From Tricharina praecox (taxonomy: Eukaryota), in contig NW_026250409.1 in assembly GCF_024521635.1 (NCBI RefSeq), positions 124,001 through 188,000 on the forward strand: a DNA stretch of 64,000 nt, read 5' to 3'. The translations under genes and the position numbers were made by a program. A model generated the notes under the pieces. It saw only the letters and a list, made by a program, of their open reading frames with translations. It did no database searches and was not told where the DNA came from. Shown here piece after piece: positions 57,174 through 64,000 of the stretch (positions are counted from its first letter, which is position 1; each line of letters starts with the position of its first letter).

Positions 57174-58275
57174 TCATGAGGATCCGCCGCCTTGGCCCCC
57201 ACTCTCCGTCGTCACACCCGCTTGGAGGCAAGTCTTCTTCCAGGTTTCGGCTTCCCGCCATGCACGCTCGCACTCCTTCTGAAGCTTTTCGTTCCTCGCG
57301 CTGAGATCCGAAATCGCCTGTTCGGTCAACAGCTTCTCCATCGTCCATTTCTCGATGTTCGAAGCCTCGTTCTCCTTGAGCTGTTGGATGTACTGGACCG
57401 CGCGCTGCAGAATCGAGCCCTTATTCTTCTCGCATCCCGGAACAATCTTGGCGAGCTCGTTAATTCCCTCGTTGATTGTTTCCCTACGGCGTCGTTCCAC
57501 TGTGGATGTCCGAAGCGTTAGTCAGCATGTGCTGCGGTTTTCTCCCGTCACCGGAGAAGGTTGCGTGCGTACCTTCTTTGTGATTATCCCTGCGAACTCT
57601 GTGCCACTCCTCCGTCCCAACCTGCGGCTTCGGATTCGGAGGTGCCGGACGCTGCTGGACCGGTGTCGAATGAGCGGTAACGTGAGCGTGTTGAACACCG
57701 CCGACGCCTTCCGTGTGGCCTTCCATGGGTTGGGGCGACATGTTCGCGAAGGTTGCCGCCTCGATCTGGACATGCTGCTGCTGTTCCCCGGGTTTCACAT
57801 CCGTCTGAGCGAACTGTAACGTAGGTAGCATGGTGCTCATGGCATTCGCCGCCAAAACTGCATTGGCAGCATCCGTAGCACTAGAACCATTCATCGCATT
57901 AGGCGAATGCTGCTGAGCCACATTCAACGGTTGGTAGGCGTACGCTGTGTTTTGTGGAGAATTCGTGTTTATCGGCATGAAGGCGGACATGCCGGGGGAA
58001 GTCTGTTTAAAGGACGTCCGACGACTCGAAGTGCTTCCCTCGGTACCTGCCCGTTCTTCCTCGGTTTCGGCGCTGCTCTCCTCTATCGAGTCGCGCTTGC
58101 GCTTGTGGGAGAGTTGCTGGTTCGGTCCATCCGCAGGGGCAGACGCAAGCTTTTGTTGTTGTTGTTGGTGTTGTTGCTGTTGGTGTTGTTGCTGTTGGTG
58201 TTGCTGCTGTAGCTGTGCGTCCACCGCCGAGGCCTGACTGTCACCCTGATAGGTCTCCTGCTGCCCCTCACTCAT
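57174..58275 (-). CDS. CBF1: bHLH-zipper transcription factor Cbf1, 2 exons
   Basis: KPQVGTEEWHRVRRDNHKE|VERRRRETINEGINELAKIVPGCEKNKGSILQRAVQYIQQLKENEASNIEKWTMEKLLTEQAI. Intron 57500-57572. N-terminal polyQ/H tract. Confidence 0.95.
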
Positions 58276-58724
58276 TGGAACGAACTATTGAATGAACGAC
58301 GTAAAAGCTGGATAGGGATTTATGTAGTACGGTTTTCTCGACGATCAAGGGCGAGAATCGATTTGCGGTCGAGGAGGAGGAGGGTTCCTAATCGCGGGTA
58401 AGGTAAGGAACGAGAGAATGTGTGTGGGGATGTGCGTGGTAGTTCGTCCTAACGGGTGTGATGATGAACACAGAGGAGGGGGAGAGGAGAGGGGGAGGGA
58501 GAGGGGGGAGGGGAAGGGGGATGGGGGGAGGCGGAAGAGGAAGGGAGAGCGACAGAGCAGGAAGAGGAGGAGAAGGGGAGGAGAGGAGGAGGAAGAGTGA
58601 TGAAGTTAAGGGAATGGGCAAGGTGAAAGTAGTTGGGTTGGGGTTGGAGGTGGTCAGGATCCTTCCTTAATCGGGCAGGGTGGAAGGATACACTTACTTA
58701 CTTCACTTGCTGGGTGTTTACTTC

Positions 58725-58732
58725 CACGTGAT
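58725..58732 (-). promoter_or_regulatory. CDEI/E-box ATCACGTG upstream of CBF1
   Basis: CACGTGAT on the + strand, 450 nt 5' of the CBF1 ATG. It matches RTCACRTG. Confidence 0.45.
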
Positions 58733-59851
58733 GCCGGAGCGTGTCACGGGTCGAAGGGTGAATGAATGAATGTCTTCAACACAAGACACACGCAAGACAC
58801 GAGAAAGAAAGAAAAAAGCCGTTTGTAGTAGCTAGCCACCCACACACTTGCTCCCACTCACACACCACACTCGTACACGGCAACGAACCAAGCAGTAGTG
58901 GCAGTCGACCAGGAAAGAAGAGGAGGAGGAAGAGGAGAAGAGGAGGCAGTCAGCCTTCCTGCTTTCTTGTACGGACAGGCGCACTGAAAGGGTCGGCAAT
59001 AACAACGAGGACGACGACAGGGACGTCGGCAAGTGACTGGCTGGAAGCTGACTGGCTGGTTGGTTGGGAGGCCGAGTGACTTGACTGGCTGGCTGGCTGC
59101 TGAGGTTGACTGAGTGACAACGACGCGATATAAACGTGGCGTCGACGGCGGTGTCGGCGGGAGTGACGGACGGGATTCTCAGTTGACGGATATCGAATTA
59201 TTTATTTATTTTTTTCGAGGAAAAAAATAAAGAACGAATATTCTTTTTAGGAATGGGGGGGGGGGGGGTGTGTGTGTGTTTAAGTGTGAGTGTGGGTGTG
59301 TGAGTGGGGAGGGGGTGGGTGTGTGGGAACCGAGAACTCCGGTATGGGTTACTTGGTTGGTTGGCTGAGGTTGCGCGGAGGGCGAGGGAGGTGGAGGAGG
59401 AGGAGGAGGAAGGAAGAGGAGGGTAGAAGGTGGTCTGTGTGATATGGATGTACCGAGCGAAATGGGGAAGTCCCTTTGTTTCAATTCCGGAAGCAGCAAC
59501 GGGAGACAGGATATGGCAAGTATGGAAGTTCTGGGAAGTGGGGAATTAATCGAAGTGAAGGGTGATTCGTTGGCGAGAGACCGTGGGGCGTCGACGTCGT
59601 CGTCGTGGTCGTCGTCGTCGGTTCGGTGGCGGCGGGCGGAACGAGTCGCAGGTCGCAGGTTGCAGGAGCGCAGAGCCCCAAAAAGGCGAGCGAGCGAGTC
59701 GATAACGAACGATTGCTGAACAGGTGTGGGTGACGATTTGCGATATCTTTGGCTTAGACGATAGGAGCGAGCAATAGTTGTGTAGGGGAGGGAGGGAGGG
59801 AGGAAGGGAGGGGTGGGTGTGGGTGTGATTTCGCGTGCGACGGGTGATCGT

Positions 59852-59897
<46 letters not shown>
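59852..59897. repeat. 46-nt poly-G homopolymer
   Basis: Uninterrupted G run. Confidence 0.9.
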
Positions 59898-59898
<1 letters not shown>

Positions 59899-62030
59899 GG
59901 GAGAGGGTGGTGGTGCGGAGGGGCGGAGGGAGGGTGTGTGGCCACTGGGCCAGGTCAGGTCAGTAAAAGGTCTGACTTTAGTAGGCTTTTTTTCTCGGGG
60001 AGACAGAGCTAGTTAGCACAGAGAGGGAGAGAGAGAAAGAGAGGAGGGCATTTCTTATTGATGGTTGGGCCAGAAAGAAAGAGAGAGCCACTTCGAGCAG
60101 CCAAAGCAAGCAAGTCCTAATCTATCTAAAATCGACAAAACCGATATCTAAATCGAAAGGGATAAAAAAAGGATAAAAAAAGAAGGAAACCCCCGGTCGG
60201 AAGAGAGAGGGAGAAAAAAAGAAGAAAAAAAGGGGCTAAATGGCCGACATAGAGTAGAAATGCGCTCCCAGGGATTTCATCTTCTTTTCGGCCCATGGCC
60301 ACTCTCCCGTGACCAGCCACCACCACCACCACCACTATGATAGAATACCATCGGGGAACAAATGTCGTTGAGAATCAAGATCACGATCAATATGGTATCA
60401 TCATCAGACTCTACGGCGGAAAGAGGGAAAAGGGAAAAGGGGGAGTCGACTCTCGAACATCTATTGTGGAGCACCCAGGTGCTCGGAGCAACGCCGATGT
60501 CTGCTCCCTAAGCACTCACTCAGTCGATCGAGCCGGCGGACATTCGCGTCTAACGCGTTTGCACGTCTCCGGGCCGAAGCCGTTTCCTGCCAGCTGTCCG
60601 ATCATGTCCCAAGTACTTGTGTACTGGAGTAGACTCTAGAAAGTAGCAGTAGTACCGCGTAACCATCGTCATCCCGAGCAATTATGTACATAACGTACTC
60701 CATAGTACGTGTACATACATAATCTACCTAAGTACCTCCTCCATCTGCTCCTGGCTGGCTGGCGATGCTCGTCGTGGCCTCGACGGCCGCCGTTTGTAAG
60801 TACATAAGAAGTAAGTATACATGCGGGCAAAGTAGAGTACATGACCAGCCCACCCAGCCCACCCACCACCAGTTCAGTTGCATGTGTGCTGGCTGCAGCA
60901 TGAGTGAAATCCTTCGAGATGGGACGACGGGGGAATGGGCTTGCTGCTGCATTGAACACGGGCCTGCCTGCTTGCCTGCCTGCTTGCATCCCGACCGGCG
61001 GTTATGTACCTACCTTGTACCTCATGTACCAGTAACTCTTCCCAGCGACATGACGATTTCGCCTGGTCGACGGAGGAGGATCATAGGTTTTTAAAGTGAG
61101 TATGCTTTGCGTTGAATCTACAGGCAGGTAGGTACTTACGTCTACGCGCAGAGTCAAAGTCAAAGTCAATACAGGGCAATGCTGCCGTTGCTGCAATGCG
61201 GCCCAACCAAGACCACACCTCGCACCGACAGACACACACGCACGCACGGGGAATCTGAACAAACAAACAACAAAACAAAAGCAAAGCAGACAAAACAAAA
61301 AGAACACAAAAACCCCCGACGTGGAAGAATGCCGAGAATCTCTGGCGTCTCTGTCTCCGTCGTCGTCGCCCCATCGTAAGCACCAGCCCCCCCCCCCCCC
61401 CCCCGTGCCCAGTAAGGAATCAAAGTCAAATCAAAAAAGGCAAACGTCCGTGTGAAGAAAGCCTGCGACCCCACGTGTGGAACTCCCGCCGCCTCCACTC
61501 CACAGCACTCTCCCGCAATTGCGCGTCCCTACTAGTATGTAACCGTATGTAGTCATGTCTCTCTTCTCTCTCCGGGTCTCTTGAGTGTCCCCGAACGGCC
61601 ACCCCTCGAACCCCTTATGTAGCCGTTAGCCCTTTCCGAATGCTACGGCTTGCATATGTAGAATTCAAGTCGGCATTCTAGGCTGATGATGATGAAATCA
61701 TGAAGATGTTGCATTCCCAATTTCCAATTCCCAACTGTTTTTTTTAGATTACCGCGTCCGTCCGGCGTCGTCCGGCGTCGTTCGATCGGTGAATCGATGC
61801 ATGAATGATTCCCGACCCGCTCCGCAGCCTCCGCTAGTTGGTTGGTTACGGTAGTTGGACTCTAGAGTGGTCGGGCCGGATCGGTGATCGGTGATCTACC
61901 TATCTAGTGAAACGGCGACGCTGCGACACTGCGACACTGCGACGGGAGGGAGGGAATAAGCAACGGTTCCGAAACATGTCGCGCTTGCTTACTTGCTTGC
62001 TTAGGTAGGTGGAGTGGTCAAGTGGGTGGT

Positions 62031-62130
62031 CAGGTGCAAACTCAAGTCAAGTCAGGTGCAAACTCAAGTCAAGTCAGGTACAAACGGACAAACCAAAAAA
62101 ACAGGAGTCAAGTCAAGTCAAGTTAAGTCA
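62031..62130. repeat. Tandem duplication CAGGTGCAAACTCAAGTCAAGT with (GTCAA)n
   Basis: Two exact 22-nt copies, a partial third copy, then GTCAA units. Confidence 0.75.
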
Positions 62131-63726
62131 AAGAAATATCATACATCGTCCTCGAAATCGTCCTCGAACTCGAAATTGATCGAACGTTAATTTCAAAACG
62201 CACTAGAAAAAATAATGATAATCGAGAGAGACGCATGCCCCGCACCGCCTCGGAAGAATCCACGCCGAGACCAGGCTGGTCCAATCGGCGTGCTGGCTGT
62301 CCGGCGTGTTCTGCGGGGAGTTTCGGGCTCGGTTCTCGAATCAATGTATGTACATACCGTACCATATCTTCCGGAGAAACCATCCCGCAGTACATGTCGT
62401 ACATGCCGTAGGTATATATTCATAGCAGCCCTCGAACCACACTTCCTCGGCAATCCTGTATTCCTCGAATCAATCCGAGCTTAGTTACCGTGGACGTCAA
62501 TGTCGAGGTGCGGTGTCTCTTTGCATGCTTGCTTTCACGGCGACAGTCCCCAGGCCGGGAAAGGAAAAACTCTGACCTTCCTCTGTGCCTTTCCTTTCCT
62601 CCTCTCTTTCTTTGATCGGCTTTGATAGTAAAATATAATAAAAGATAAATCCGTGATCATGAGCCTACCTATCTTCATATGTACACAGCTGCGTCTTTTT
62701 TCCGTCCGCCCTTCAGATGTCAGATGTCAGGCGCCGTATACCTAGTAGAGCATATAGTACGGAGCGGTATGTGCGGAGCACCTGAGCTTTTTCCGTCTCC
62801 TTCGGAATGCTTTGGCAATTTCGGGTCCGAATACCCCACATGGAACAGGGAAGATTTCCTACTCCTCTCGAGTAGTCCTCGAGTCCTCGAGTCCTCGGGT
62901 CCGAGTAGACGGTGGAGTACATAGAGTACATACTCCGGAATACCTAGGATGCCTAACTGCCGGTACTTGCAAGTTGTTTGGTTGAAGACTTGAAGCTCGT
63001 CCTTCATTCATTCACCATCCAATGTCCATTCCTTCGGCGTTCGGCGTGGCGTGCGTGGGAAAATCGATAGGTAGATATATCACAGACTGTTTCCCTAGGT
63101 ACTCTACTTTGGAGTAGGTAGGCTCCGGTGAATTCGTGAATTCCCACAACCTGCCACCTATCCGAGAGAAACCCTGTGGTCCCTCCATTTCAATGGCGTA
63201 CCTATGCAGATGCGGATGCGGGTGTGGATGCAGACCGGCCGTGATGTGATGTCGCTCCAGTCCAGTAACCAGTCACCTGCCCAGCGGTTATAGATATGAT
63301 AATAAGCATAGTAAGGTACTGGTGATCACTCCGGTATGTACTCTATTTAGTAGTACAATGGATCAAATAAGATCACACACGGCTACCATATACTACTATA
63401 TACCGTATGCAACTATTGGTATTCTCACACCGAGCTGCGCAGCATCCTAAATCCTCACGGTGTTCCCCGGGGCAGGCACACAGGCTGGAAATTCCATCAA
63501 GCTCAAGCTTAAGCTCGATCAATCATCAGGCACCTCAGATCCCATAGAAAGTTTCCCCCCCAGAAAGAATGGCATTCTTAGCCAGCGCCCTTACCTTACC
63601 TTACTGAGTGACTGCACAGTGTGATCCGCCCAATTGCATTTGCAACTAACTACTACAGCAAACCCAACACAAGCCGACCAGGCTCCCAGCTGGAAACCCA
63701 GCTGAAAAAACGGTAAACGGTAAACC

Positions 63727-63760
63727 CAATCTCAATCTCAATCTCAATCTCAATCTCAAA
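63727..63760. repeat. (AATCTC)n hexamer repeat
   Basis: About 5 units. Confidence 0.8.
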
Positions 63761-64000
63761 ACTCGATCCGCCAATCTCTCTCGGATCGCCGGAAACCCTG
63801 ACTGGGCTGGCTGGGATGGTTAAGTATTCCCCCATCTGAGTCTGAATCTGAATCACCGTCCTTGTCCTGTCCTGCCCACGATCTGGATCTGGATCTGGTC
63901 TGTGCGCCCCCCAAAAACGAAACGAAATATCTGCGTGGTGCGGCGTAAAACGACGGCGTGGAACGGTTGTTGTTGTGTGCATCGTGACATGGTAACATAT

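Overview
Eukaryotic, intron-rich fungal DNA from a filamentous ascomycete. The gene style suggests Pezizomycetes, which is inference. The window holds 16 recognisable intact conserved genes: CDC34-type E2, SLP1, LAS1, DPB11/Rad4, MRPL4, RRP14, glucose-6-P 1-epimerase, Ams2/Spt21 GATA factor, SmD2, an eIF4E paralog, RIT1, a DUF2841/YDR124W-like gene, a YCF1-like ABCC transporter, SPT4, NTA1 and CBF1. It also holds an SDR gene interrupted by one in-frame TAG and a degenerate Mutator-like element with inverted repeats and a 17-bp minisatellite. The second half has long, microsatellite-rich, gene-free stretches. The most unusual observations are: four of about 47 reconstructed introns appear to need GC donors, all in an AAG|GCA context; the SDR stop sits in a TAG-CTAG context; a 120-codon uORF ends in an AUGA overlap with the NTA1 start; readthrough of the epimerase stop would give a -LKL C-terminus; and one intergenic tract is strongly GTAC-enriched. 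Gene models were spliced by eye without database searches. No clear-cut novel multi-gene system, CRISPR array or RNA gene could be supported.
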